A stretch of DNA of 64,000 nt, taken from contig CAXXTB010000002.1 of assembly GCA_963676795.2 (NCBI GenBank), positions 1,344,001 to 1,408,000 of the forward strand, read 5' to 3'. Both the position numbers and the translations under genes were made by a program. Positions 46,213 through 55,513 of this stretch are shown here, piece by piece. This DNA comes from Geopsychrobacteraceae bacterium (lineage in GTDB: Bacteria > Desulfobacterota > Desulfuromonadia > Desulfuromonadales > Geopsychrobacteraceae). Within the stretch, counting starts at the first letter, position 1. Each line of letters opens with the position of its first letter. The notes under the pieces were generated by a model that saw only the letters and a program-made list of their open reading frames with translations, had not been told where the DNA came from and made no database searches.

Positions 46213-46251
46213 GCAGCGGGGTGTGGTCGGCACCAGATCACACCCCGCTGC
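46213..46251. terminator. Hairpin ending the giant-protein operon
   Basis: GCAGCGGGGTGTG...CACACCCCGCTGC 13-bp stem. Confidence 0.65.
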
Positions 46252-46397
46252 AAGCCCGGAAAGGATGGTTTTTAGCTTACGCTGTTGAAAAAAAATCCCG
46301 AAGCTGCGCATTATTCAGCTTCGGGTAGGTGAGGAATCCCGGCATTTCGGGGTGTTGCCGGATGTCAAAAGTTATCGCTATAGCTCTTTTCTCAAAA

Positions 46398-47834
46398 TTA
46401 GAAGCGGTACTCGCGCTGAACACTGATCCAGCGATCTGTGGTGAATTTATCGATAACCCACTTGCCGTTGAAACGCCCGATACCTGACGCCTTCTCGCCG
46501 CCAAACATGACATGGGGTTCATCGTTGATCGTCTGGTCATTGATATGGACCATGCCGGTTTTGATCCGTTTGGCGATCATCATGCCGCGATAGAGATCCT
46601 TGGTGAAGATACTGCCGGTTAAACCATGCTCGGTGTTATTGGCGATGCTGACAGCTTCGTCGATCTCCTTGGCCTTGATGATACTGCAGACAGGACCGAA
46701 GACCTCCTGGGAAGCTGCAGGCATGTCCATCGTCACATCCTGGAAGATCCATGGCGTAATGATATTCCCCTCGCAGGATCCTTCGAGCGCTATCTTTGCT
46801 CCAGCAGCGATGGTTGCTTTGATCAGTTTCTCAACTTCTTTTACCTGTGCACTGTTGATCATCGGTCCAAGAAAGGTGTTCGCGTCGCTCGGGTCACCGA
46901 TCGGAAACTTTTTTACTTTTTCAACCAGGGTGCCGATGAACTGGTCATAAACACTTTCCATGACGACAATCCGGCCGACTGACATGCAGACCTGCCCCTG
47001 ATTGAAAAAAGCACCGAAGGCGGCTGCCGCTGCAGCGCTATCGATATCGGCATCATCCAGCACGATCATGGCGTTGTTGCCGCCAAGTTCGAGGGAAACG
47101 TCTTTGAAGTGACTGACCGCCAGCTGTCCGACACGTCTGCCGACTTCTGTCGAACCGGTGAATGAAACAAGTGATGGAACCGGATGGGTGATCATGGCAT
47201 CCCCGATATCGCTTCCTTTGCCGGCGATAGCGTTGAAAACTCCGGCAGGGAACCCGGCTCGTTCAAAAAACTTGGCGATAAGAAAGGCTGATCCGGGTGT
47301 ATCGGATGCCGGCTTCAGGACGACAGTATTGCCCGTGGCAATGGCCGGGATGACGCTGCGCATGGCCAGGACAAACGGGACATTCCATGGTGCAATAACA
47401 GCGATAACACCTTTAGGCTCCTTGAAGACATAGTTATCCTTGCCCTGGATTGTCGACGGTAGGATTTGTCCTTCGAGCATTTTCGGATAGTTCATCACCT
47501 CACGGACAAAGTCCAGACAGGTGTGATATTCATACTCAGCTTTAGGACGAATGCAGCCCGCTTCGCGTGCCAGCAGCTCAAAGATCTCATCTTTGTAGAA
47601 TTCAATCGCTTCGTACAGTTTGACCAGATAGTTTTGTTTCTCATTCGGCAACAGGGCCGCCCATGCCGGTTGCGCGCTTTCTGCGGCTGTATAGGCATCG
47701 TTGACGTCGTCCAGGCTGGCGCCCTGGTAAGAATACAGCAATTGACCGGAATAGGGATCGTGGTTGTGGAGCAGGGCTGTACCGGTACCGGTTTTCCATA
47801 TCCCGTTGATATATTGTTTGTCGTAGGTATCCAT
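46398..47834 (-). CDS. NAD(P)-dependent aldehyde dehydrogenase (benzaldehyde/vanillin DH-like)
   Basis: PWNVP, LKPAS, SFTGSTEVG, LELGGN, FNQGQVCM (catalytic Cys), EVFGPV, FGGEKASGIG. Confidence 0.9.
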   Translation of the reverse strand: MDTYDKQYINGIWKTGTGTALLHNHDPYSGQLLYSYQGASLDDVNDAYTAAESAQPAWAALLPNEKQNYLVKLYEAIEFYKDEIFELLAREAGCIRPKAEYEYHTCLDFVREVMNYPKMLEGQILPSTIQGKDNYVFKEPKGVIAVIAPWNVPFVLAMRSVIPAIATGNTVVLKPASDTPGSAFLIAKFFERAGFPAGVFNAIAGKGSDIGDAMITHPVPSLVSFTGSTEVGRRVGQLAVSHFKDVSLELGGNNAMIVLDDADIDSAAAAAAFGAFFNQGQVCMSVGRIVVMESVYDQFIGTLVEKVKKFPIGDPSDANTFLGPMINSAQVKEVEKLIKATIAAGAKIALEGSCEGNIITPWIFQDVTMDMPAASQEVFGPVCSIIKAKEIDEAVSIANNTEHGLTGSIFTKDLYRGMMIAKRIKTGMVHINDQTINDEPHVMFGGEKASGIGRFNGKWVIDKFTTDRWISVQREYRF

Positions 47835-47866
47835 GGTTCCTCCTTATAGTCGAACGGCCCGGCGGG

Positions 47867-48646
47867 TTACTCGTAACCGGCTAAATGGCATTGGACGTGG
47901 GCAAACATCCCTCCGTCTGTTGCAATGTTGGCTCCGCGAATCCATCCACTCCCTGCTGAAAGCAGAAATGCACAGACCGGAGCAATATCCTGCGGCGTAC
48001 CAGGGCGGTCCATGATCCTCTCGTCTTCCTTGGCCCTTTCACCAAGGGTTTCGTTGAAATCCTTGAGGATCGGGGTGTCGACGGGACCAGGACTGACGCA
48101 GTTCATGCGAATGCCGCGCTCACGCCAGGTCCAGCGGTTTTGCATGGTCCAGACGATGAGAGCTTCTTTGGAAAGAAAATAGGAGCGCCCATCGCTCATA
48201 TCAAATTGCTGGCAGAAGTCGTCGATGGCCTCGTAGCCCTCGATGGCGAGCAGTCTGGTGACCTGTTCTTTGCCTGTTGCCCAGCCCATCCCGGCCAGTG
48301 ACGCAAGGTTGACGATACTCGCGCTGTCGGCCATTTTGGGAATCAGGCCTAACGTCAGCTCTCTGAGTCCAAGAAAGTTGACTTTGAGCACAAGCCCAGG
48401 CGCCTTCGTCGGAGGCAATCCGGCGATATTGCACAAGCCGTCGATTCCGTCAGGAATGGAGGCAACGGCTTCTTTGACAGAATCCTGATTGCCCAGATCG
48501 GCAAAAATAAAGCGGTCAACGTAGTTTTGAGGCTCATTGATATCAATACCGATGACCGTTCCACCCTGCTGTTGGATGAGTTTGGCTGTTTCTGCGCCGA
48601 TTCCAGAGGCGGCCCCGGTAACAACGATAGTTTTTTGGCTTAACAT
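47867..48646 (-). CDS. SDR oxidoreductase, coniferyl-alcohol dehydrogenase (CalA)/3-alpha-HSD-like
   Basis: TGAASGIG, CNIAG, YFLSK (YxxxK), RMNCVSPGPVDTPIL, WIRGANIATDGG. Confidence 0.82.
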   Translation of the reverse strand: MLSQKTIVVTGAASGIGAETAKLIQQQGGTVIGIDINEPQNYVDRFIFADLGNQDSVKEAVASIPDGIDGLCNIAGLPPTKAPGLVLKVNFLGLRELTLGLIPKMADSASIVNLASLAGMGWATGKEQVTRLLAIEGYEAIDDFCQQFDMSDGRSYFLSKEALIVWTMQNRWTWRERGIRMNCVSPGPVDTPILKDFNETLGERAKEDERIMDRPGTPQDIAPVCAFLLSAGSGWIRGANIATDGGMFAHVQCHLAGYE

Positions 48647-48728
48647 GTTAATCCTTTTTGGTTGTCGTTGTTTTTCTTGCTAAAGAACTACTGCCTGTTA
48701 CTTGTAGATTTTTCAGGAAAAAACTGAA

Positions 48729-48767
48729 AATCCGGAGTCACCGAATTTGCGTCGATGACTCCGGATT
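48729..48767. repeat. Intergenic hairpin between micro-ORF 2 and the SDR gene
   Basis: AATCCGGAGTCA...TGACTCCGGATT 12-bp inverted repeat. Confidence 0.55.
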
Positions 48768-48785
48768 GTTCAGATCGCTAAGCGC

Positions 48786-48905
48786 TTATTCATCCTTGAA
48801 CTTACCGTTCTTGACCTGCTTGTTGTAAGCAAGCGTAGAGAAAATTGCCAAGATAACTATGATGCAGATCAGATATGCGGCTATAAATATATCGACTCCT
48901 CCCAT
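48786..48905 (-). CDS. Small single-TM protein, 39 aa (MGGVDIFIAAYLICIIVILAIFSTLAYNKQVKNGKFKDE)
   Basis: Translated by hand (below the ORF-track cutoff); AAGGAG RBS 7 nt upstream; hydrophobic core plus basic tail. Confidence 0.65.
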   Translation of the reverse strand: MGGVDIFIAAYLICIIVILAIFSTLAYNKQVKNGKFKDE

Positions 48906-48916
48906 GATAAATCTCC

Positions 48917-49024
48917 TTATTCGTCATCACCTTTATAAGTGAGTTTATGGATGCCAATGATGATGATATTTACAATAATGATGAGAATCAGTGAGTATAC
49001 AATTGTCTGGGTTGCCCAACTCAT
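48917..49024 (-). CDS. Small single-TM protein, 35 aa (MSWATQTIVYSLILIIIVNIIIIGIHKLTYKGDDE)
   Basis: Translated by hand; AGGAGG RBS; ATGA overlap with the symporter stop codon. Confidence 0.65.
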   Translation of the reverse strand: MSWATQTIVYSLILIIIVNIIIIGIHKLTYKGDDE

Positions 49025-50496
49025 ACCGCGACCTCCTGTTTAAGAGTAGACTTTTTCTGTTCCTCGATCTGTTTGAGCATCCCTTTCTCACCGGGCAGGA
49101 TGAGGTTGAGGACGATGCCCAGGACAAAGGTGGTGACAAAGACCGGCCAGAAAGCGAAAGTGAAACCTTCCGGGCACCAGGACGGCAGAGCGAAGGTCCA
49201 CCAGCAGTTGACCGCCAGAGAGGCGATCAGGTTGATCCAGGCCGCCGTACGATTGACCTTCCAGACCATGCCGATGAAATAGGCAACAAAGATCGGCATA
49301 CTCAGTGAGAAGCACCAGAAGAACAGAGAAATGATCAGGGTGACTTTCAGTGCCGGCAATGCCGCGGCCAGGGTGACGCCAACAACGACGATTCGACCGA
49401 TCCAGATCTGCTTGTTGCCGCTGAACTTTTCTTTGTGCAGAGGTTCAATGATGTCATCGGTGACAACATGAGCAATCGCCAGAACCATGCCGCTGGCAGT
49501 GGAGAGCAGGGCACAAAGCAGAGCGACCATCAGGACGCCGATCAGCACCGGTGGCAGAGCCTGCAGGGCCAGTTGAGGCACGGCAAGCAGTGGTTCTTTG
49601 GCTGCGATTGCAGCGATAGAGGTGCCGGTGATGCCGAGAATGACCCAGGGGATGGCGGCCATTCCGTTGATGATGCCGCCCAATAATGCCCCCTTGCGGA
49701 TTTCCGCATTGCTTTTAGCGGCCAGCATCGGTTGGTACATGGCATGTTCACTTGAGACGGAGAAGATGTTGAGAACGATGCAGGGGATGATGATGCCGAA
49801 AACCGCCGGGGTTGAAAAATTGAATAGATCGGTTCGCCAGGCTTCGCCAACCAGGCTGTAGGTTTTGGCGACTCCGTCATAGCCCTCGGGAAGCCAGGTG
49901 CCAATATACCAGACAGCGAGATAACTGCCGCCGATGAGGACGATGGCATTGAGGACGTTCATATAGCCCATCTGCAGCATACCGCCAAACATGATGTAGA
50001 TAATGATCAGTGCTGCCGCGATCAACACGCAGTGCGGTGCAAACTGCAGCTTACCGCCGCTCAAGGTGTATATGACGGTTGCGATGCCCAGTGTTTCAGA
50101 CATGGTGATACCGAGCCAACCGGCCGGGGCAATCGAGGTGTTGACGATCTTGATCTTCGGGCCGAAGACTTTGCCCAGCGCCTGGGGAAAGGTCTGGACT
50201 TTCAGCTTCCTGAACATCGGCCCGAACCAGAGCAGGAAGATCGGAATGAAGATGCCACCGGTGATAACCCCCCACCAGGCGACGGAGACGCCAAGCCCGG
50301 CCTGGGCCTGCCACAGCGAACTGGTATGCCCGCCCCCGAGCGGTGCCAGGGTGAAGGAACACATGACGGCAAACCATCCAAGCTGACCGGATGCGGTGAA
50401 AAAGTCCTTGCCAGTCGAGATCTTTTTCTTCGCTTTTAATCCGAAATACACACTGAAAAAGACAAAATACAAAACAGTGATAATAATTGGTACCAT
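49021..50496 (-). CDS. Sodium:solute symporter (SSS) family transporter
   Basis: About 13 TM helices, DFFTASGQLGW, YIMFGGM, ALLSTAS; GGAGGA RBS supports the ATG at 50496. Confidence 0.87.
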   Translation of the reverse strand: MVPIIITVLYFVFFSVYFGLKAKKKISTGKDFFTASGQLGWFAVMCSFTLAPLGGGHTSSLWQAQAGLGVSVAWWGVITGGIFIPIFLLWFGPMFRKLKVQTFPQALGKVFGPKIKIVNTSIAPAGWLGITMSETLGIATVIYTLSGGKLQFAPHCVLIAAALIIIYIMFGGMLQMGYMNVLNAIVLIGGSYLAVWYIGTWLPEGYDGVAKTYSLVGEAWRTDLFNFSTPAVFGIIIPCIVLNIFSVSSEHAMYQPMLAAKSNAEIRKGALLGGIINGMAAIPWVILGITGTSIAAIAAKEPLLAVPQLALQALPPVLIGVLMVALLCALLSTASGMVLAIAHVVTDDIIEPLHKEKFSGNKQIWIGRIVVVGVTLAAALPALKVTLIISLFFWCFSLSMPIFVAYFIGMVWKVNRTAAWINLIASLAVNCWWTFALPSWCPEGFTFAFWPVFVTTFVLGIVLNLILPGEKGMLKQIEEQKKSTLKQEVAV

Positions 50497-50728
50497 CGGC
50501 AATCCTCCCTGAGTGTCAGTTTTCTAACGATATCCCGCAATAATCGACAACTGTTGGAACCGCTTCCTCTCCACGAAGCCAGTACAGTTGTCCGCATAAA
50601 AAAACAGCTTAAAGCCATGTCCGGATCTTGACCTGCCGGGACTTTCCATTTCAGGAACTGGGATGGTGATTCTAATCTATATCTATGTAGATGAGATGTA
50701 AGGCGTTGTAAAATGGCTTATTTTGATG

Positions 50729-50753
50729 GCTTTATCTAAAAAATAGATAAAGC
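50729..50753. promoter_or_regulatory. Candidate LysR-type binding site upstream of the symporter operon
   Basis: GCTTTATCTA-AAAAA-TAGATAAAGC perfect 10-bp arms containing T-N11-A. Confidence 0.6.
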
Positions 50754-50833
50754 TGTGATTCTGGCTATGCTGATCGGATGGGGTGTTTCAAAACAGGATT
50801 GATGGAAAATTTCAAGATGAGAGCCGTGGTCGT

Positions 50834-51718
50834 CTACTCGGAAAGAAACCTGAATTCATCCAGGAACAGTTCTATGGCAGGATTGTCATTCTCCTTGTTC
50901 CAGACAAGGCCGATTTCATGGGTCGAATCCTTGCCGTCGATCTGAATAAATTCAAGTTCGTTGTACATGTGATTCCCCCAGCTGCCAGGCAGGATGGTGA
51001 CCCCCATGCCCAGGTCGACCATGACTTCCACGGTGTGGTAATCGCGTGGATGGTCGATGATGTTCGGGGTGATTTTCCTGTTCAGGCATAATTTCATGGC
51101 CATATCAAACATGCCTGGGTTGAACTTGCGGTTCATCAGGATCAGAGGTTCTGTTGACAGAAAATCTTCGACCTTCCGGGTACCTTTCAGCAGTGGATGG
51201 TTTTTGGCACAGACCAGATAAAGAGCATCGCGATACAGAGACTTCCAGGCCAGCCGTTCATGATTGATGGTGATGTGGCGGGCAAAGCCGATATCGAGTT
51301 GGTTGCATTCGACCATACGGGGAATTGAGATTGAGTCATAGGAATTGAAGTGCAATTCGATTGCAGGATTTTTCTGCCTGAAATTTTTGAATGACTCTGA
51401 GAGACGGGCAACAATCGGCACAAAGACATAGCCGACGTTCAAGCGGCCACTGCCACCTGATGAGCATTGCTGGGTCTTGGCGATCGCCTTGCGGGACATC
51501 TCGACGATTTTTAAAGCTTCGTTGAAGAGAATTTCACCGGAGACTGTCAGCGTAACCGATTGTTTGGTGCGCAAAAACAGTTTAACGCCCAGCTCCTTTT
51601 CCAGTTCGGCGATGTTGTGACTTACCGCAGACTGGACGATATGCAGATGATTCGCAGCTTTGGTGAAACTGAGATGCTGAGCGACTGCGATGAAGCAATT
51701 AAGGTGATGAGTATTCAT
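50834..51718 (-). CDS. LysR-family transcriptional regulator
   Basis: FIAVAQHLSFTKAANHLHIVQSAVSHNIAELEKELGVKLFLR HTH; LDIGF, VDLGMGVTILP. Confidence 0.93.
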   Translation of the reverse strand: MNTHHLNCFIAVAQHLSFTKAANHLHIVQSAVSHNIAELEKELGVKLFLRTKQSVTLTVSGEILFNEALKIVEMSRKAIAKTQQCSSGGSGRLNVGYVFVPIVARLSESFKNFRQKNPAIELHFNSYDSISIPRMVECNQLDIGFARHITINHERLAWKSLYRDALYLVCAKNHPLLKGTRKVEDFLSTEPLILMNRKFNPGMFDMAMKLCLNRKITPNIIDHPRDYHTVEVMVDLGMGVTILPGSWGNHMYNELEFIQIDGKDSTHEIGLVWNKENDNPAIELFLDEFRFLSE

Positions 51719-52126
51719 GTTCTCTCTGCTGTGGCTAAAGACTGTTTCTCTACAGAACTGCTGAGGATGAATATCGTATTATGCAGGAAATAGAAGGATA
51801 ATCAATGTTTTGCTAGATTTTAGGAGCGGCTGGGGTGCGGATAAAAGAAGACCCCTGAGCAGCGGAGGGGGGAGTCTGTTCAGGGGTCAATACTGAGTGA
51901 TAAACACTCGATATGCCATAAATTTATGTGTTATGAGCGGAATTGTCAAGAATAAATATATGCAGAAAAGTGACTATTTGAAAAATACTATAAATATAAA
52001 AATAATTCGTGCATTTAGCGCCTTTGGCTTAGAAAAAAGTTTTCTATGCTCGAATGCAAGTATGCAATTATATTTACCCGATTCGGCAGCTGAGCTAAAA
52101 ATGAACTGCTATCTTCAATTGTGTAA

Positions 52127-53518
52127 ATGAAGGTCACGATGATATCGAGCAATGGATACTTTCTGCTGACATTTCTCCTGACGCTTGGTGGCATGCTGAT
52201 CCTTGCTTCCGGACGAAAAACGGCAGCGAAGAACAGCGCCGATTTTTCACTGGGCGGACGCAAGGGGGGCTCCTGGCATGTTTTTGGGGCGATAACCGGT
52301 ACCCTGGTCGGCGGGGCCTCGACCGTCGGAACTGTGCAGTTGGCCTTTATTTACGGACTCTCCGCCTGGTGGTTCACTCTGGGGTCTGGCCTGGCCTGTC
52401 TGTTCCTCGGACTGTTCATGGCGATACCTCTGCGTCATAGCCAGGTGACGACGATTCCCGAATATATAGCGATTTATCACGGAAACCAGGCGCGTATCCT
52501 GGCCAGCCTGTTTGCCGCCCTTGGTATGTTTATTCAGATTGTTGCCCAGCTGCTTGCCTGCGGTGCAATCCTGGCGGTTCTGTTTCACCTGCCTCTGGTC
52601 TGGAGCGCGTCTCTCTCGGCCTTGCTGGTCATTCTCTTTACCGTTACCGGGGGGATGAAGGCTGCGGGGCGCATCGGTCTGCTCAAGATGGTGCTGATTT
52701 ACCTGACCATGGTCATTTCCGCACTTATCTGTTATCTCAAATTCGGCGGCTGGTCTGGTCTTTTTCAGTCATTCCCGGCGTTTCCCTGGTTCAACCTGTT
52801 CGGTTACGGGGCGAGTAAAGGAATTTCTGATCTTTTGTCGATGCTGGTTGGTGTCATCTCAACCCAGACCTATCTGCAGGCCGTTTTTTCTGCTTCAGAT
52901 GGCTATACTGCGCGGCGCGGCGCGGTTTACAGCGCAGTTCTGATTCCGCCGCTCGGTTTGCTCGGTGTGCTGGTCGGCCTCTATATGCGTAGCACCCAAC
53001 CAGACCTTGAGAGCGCGCTGGCGTTGCCGACATTTCTCTCTCTCCACCTGCATCCGGCCATAGCCGGAATCGCTTTCGCGACCCTGCTTATTGCCGCGGT
53101 CGGGACCGCCTCCGGCCTGGCCCTTGGCGTATCCACCACTCTCAGGATCGATCTGTTGCGGCATTGGCGGGCGGGGATCAGGCAGTTGTTCTATTTCCGC
53201 GCCCTGACAACATTGGTGGTGGTCGCTGCCTATGTCCTGCTGCTGCTCAATCTCGGTTCGGCGATCATGGACTGGAGCTTTTTATCGATGGGGCTGCGTG
53301 GGGCGACCTTCTGCGTTCCTTTGTTGTTTGCCGTGTTCTGGCCGGCTGCAGGGCTGCGTCGCGCCGGATTCTGGTCGATTCTGCTGGCTCCGTTGATTGT
53401 TGTTTTTGCCGGGCTGGTCGGTTTTGACCGGATTCCGCCGTTGTATCTGGGACTTGGTCTGTCGCTGCTGATTTTCCTCTTCAGCGCACTGTTGCGCAGG
53501 ATGACGAAAGACCGCTGA
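52127..53518 (+). CDS. Second sodium:solute symporter (SSS) family transporter
   Basis: DFSLGGR, GTLVGGASTVG, GLSAWWF, TIPEY, TGGM, multiple TM helices; exact start uncertain. Confidence 0.85.
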   Translation: MKVTMISSNGYFLLTFLLTLGGMLILASGRKTAAKNSADFSLGGRKGGSWHVFGAITGTLVGGASTVGTVQLAFIYGLSAWWFTLGSGLACLFLGLFMAIPLRHSQVTTIPEYIAIYHGNQARILASLFAALGMFIQIVAQLLACGAILAVLFHLPLVWSASLSALLVILFTVTGGMKAAGRIGLLKMVLIYLTMVISALICYLKFGGWSGLFQSFPAFPWFNLFGYGASKGISDLLSMLVGVISTQTYLQAVFSASDGYTARRGAVYSAVLIPPLGLLGVLVGLYMRSTQPDLESALALPTFLSLHLHPAIAGIAFATLLIAAVGTASGLALGVSTTLRIDLLRHWRAGIRQLFYFRALTTLVVVAAYVLLLLNLGSAIMDWSFLSMGLRGATFCVPLLFAVFWPAAGLRRAGFWSILLAPLIVVFAGLVGFDRIPPLYLGLGLSLLIFLFSALLRRMTKDR

Positions 53519-53560
53519 ACGTGCAGCTTGCTTAACAAGGCAACCTTGTTTCATGTTATG

Positions 53561-53729
53561 CTGGGAACCTGTCGGACATTACATGAATCTGCTGCAAAAT
53601 CATCTGATCGGTATATATTTCCGACCCTTTTCGACAAATAGCTACGGCTATTCGCTCTCAAACGGTCGAAAGTCTGTCCTCAACCAGTTGATTTTTCGCG
53701 ACGATTAGCAAAGCCCGACAGGTTCCTAG
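53561..53729. mobile_element. MITE-like element (~169 bp) upstream of tamA
   Basis: Terminal inverted repeats CTGGGAACCTGTCGG / CCGACAGGTTCCTAG (14/15) and central hairpin AATAGC-TACG-GCTATT; non-coding. Confidence 0.6.
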
Positions 53730-53752
53730 TGAGTCAAATAAACCGGAGCCGC

Positions 53753-55513
53753 ATGAAACGTCTTATTCTCGCCAATCTTCTGTTTTGCCTTCTGCTTGTC
53801 GGGTTGTCCCTTCCCGCTGCTGCTGAGTCTTTGTCTCTGCATATCTCCGGAGTGGACGATGAGGAATTGAGCAATGTTCTTTATGCCGTTCTCCAGCTTC
53901 CTGAGGGGATCGTTGAGGATGGGCAGCTCAACCAGCTCTGGCTTGAGCGCTATCGCAGACAGCTGGCCGGCAGAGTCAGCAAAACCCTGCAGCCCTATGG
54001 TTATTTTAACTCAGCCGTGCAGGACCAGCTGATCACGGATGATGACGGTAGTCAGCAGTTGTTGCTGACCATCGACCCGGGCCCTCCGCTCAGGGTGACG
54101 AAGCGGAAGATAACCATCGCCGGAGAACAGATCTCCTCTTCGCTTAAAAACCGTATCATTTCAGCATATCCACTCTCTGTCGGGCAGGTTCTCAGGCAGG
54201 ATCTCCATGACGAAGGGAAAGCTCACCTCAAGGAAAGTTTCATTTCAGGGGGCTACCTGGATGCACATTTCAGCCGTAGCCAGATCTTGGTGTCCGTGAC
54301 CGATAAAACCGCAGAGATCTTTCTCGATCTCGTGCCGGGGAGAAAATATGTCTTCGGCGAAACCAGTTTCAGCGGATATGGCGATTATCCCGTCAAATAC
54401 ATGAAGCGTTACCTGGCCTATCAGCCCGGAGAGGATTTCTCCCAGGAGAAACTGTCGCGGACGCATCTGAACTATGTCGATTCCGAACTGTTTGACAGGG
54501 TCGTTGTCGAGCCCCGCCGGGATCAGGCTGTCGACCGACAGGTTCCCATCGATGTCAGTGTCGAACCGGCGCCACGTCACCGGCTGCGTCCCGGGATCGG
54601 CTACGGCACGGATACCGGTGCCAGGGTTTCCCTCGACTACCGTAATCTTAACCTGTTCAGGCTCGGTCATGAGTTGCAGGGGAACCTGTTGCTTGCGGAG
54701 CGCAAACAGGCAGTGACCAATACCTACGTGATTCCTCATCTGAAGCGACTCGATACCCGGACCCTGGTGTCGGCCGGTTGGACGCGTGAGGAAACCGACT
54801 CCTATCTGACCCGCGAGACCTCCGCTGAGGTGGAGTATCAGCGCATGTTGTCTTCCCGGTTTTCAACCTCCTTTTTTCTGCGCTTCAGTCAGGAATATTC
54901 AGAGATTGCCGATCAGGAAACCACTGCCCAGATGCTGCTGCCGGGTGTCCGCCTGACCTGGCGTTATCTGAACGATTCGGTGCTGCCGAGCCGTGGTGCT
55001 CAGCTGAAACTGCAACTGCTCGCCGGTGACAGAGAATTGCTGTCAGATACCTCGCTGGCACAGATTTTGGCAAATGTCTCTGTTCTGCAGCCACTCCCTT
55101 TTGAGTCACAGCTGTTTGTTCGGCTAAAGTCAGGAGCGACCTATTTCGACGATCCGTTCAGCGAGGTTCCGGCCTCCCTGAGATTTTTTGCCGGAGGGGA
55201 TCAGAGCGTCCGTGGCTATGGTTACCAGTCTCTCGGTCCGACCGACAGCGATGGCGAGGTTATCGGCGGCAGGAATATGCTGGTCTACAACCTGGAATTC
55301 GAGAAGAAGGTTACCGATAACTGGGGCCTGGCGTTGTTTTACGACGCAGGCAACGCCTTCAATTCGTTTGAAAATTATGAACTGAAACAGGGGGCAGGAA
55401 TTGGTGTGCGCCGCTACACGAGGATCGGTGCCATTCGTCTAGATCTGGCCCGCCAGATGGCTACAGCGGATGTGAAATATCGTCTGCATTTCAGTGTTGG
55501 GTTTGGCTGGTGA
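53753..55513 (+). CDS. tamA: Translocation and assembly module outer-membrane protein TamA (Omp85 family)
   Basis: LQPYGYFN POTRA, GIGYGTDTG, LRFFAGGDQSVRGY, FYDAGNAF, GAGIGVR, C-terminal aromatic; GGAG RBS before the ATG at 53753. Confidence 0.9.
   Translation: MKRLILANLLFCLLLVGLSLPAAAESLSLHISGVDDEELSNVLYAVLQLPEGIVEDGQLNQLWLERYRRQLAGRVSKTLQPYGYFNSAVQDQLITDDDGSQQLLLTIDPGPPLRVTKRKITIAGEQISSSLKNRIISAYPLSVGQVLRQDLHDEGKAHLKESFISGGYLDAHFSRSQILVSVTDKTAEIFLDLVPGRKYVFGETSFSGYGDYPVKYMKRYLAYQPGEDFSQEKLSRTHLNYVDSELFDRVVVEPRRDQAVDRQVPIDVSVEPAPRHRLRPGIGYGTDTGARVSLDYRNLNLFRLGHELQGNLLLAERKQAVTNTYVIPHLKRLDTRTLVSAGWTREETDSYLTRETSAEVEYQRMLSSRFSTSFFLRFSQEYSEIADQETTAQMLLPGVRLTWRYLNDSVLPSRGAQLKLQLLAGDRELLSDTSLAQILANVSVLQPLPFESQLFVRLKSGATYFDDPFSEVPASLRFFAGGDQSVRGYGYQSLGPTDSDGEVIGGRNMLVYNLEFEKKVTDNWGLALFYDAGNAFNSFENYELKQGAGIGVRRYTRIGAIRLDLARQMATADVKYRLHFSVGFGW

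Noticed and set aside
51890..52130. AT-rich stretch and 77-aa ORF as a foreign insert
   Set aside because: No RBS or motif; it looks like the ordinary AT-rich promoter region between divergent genes
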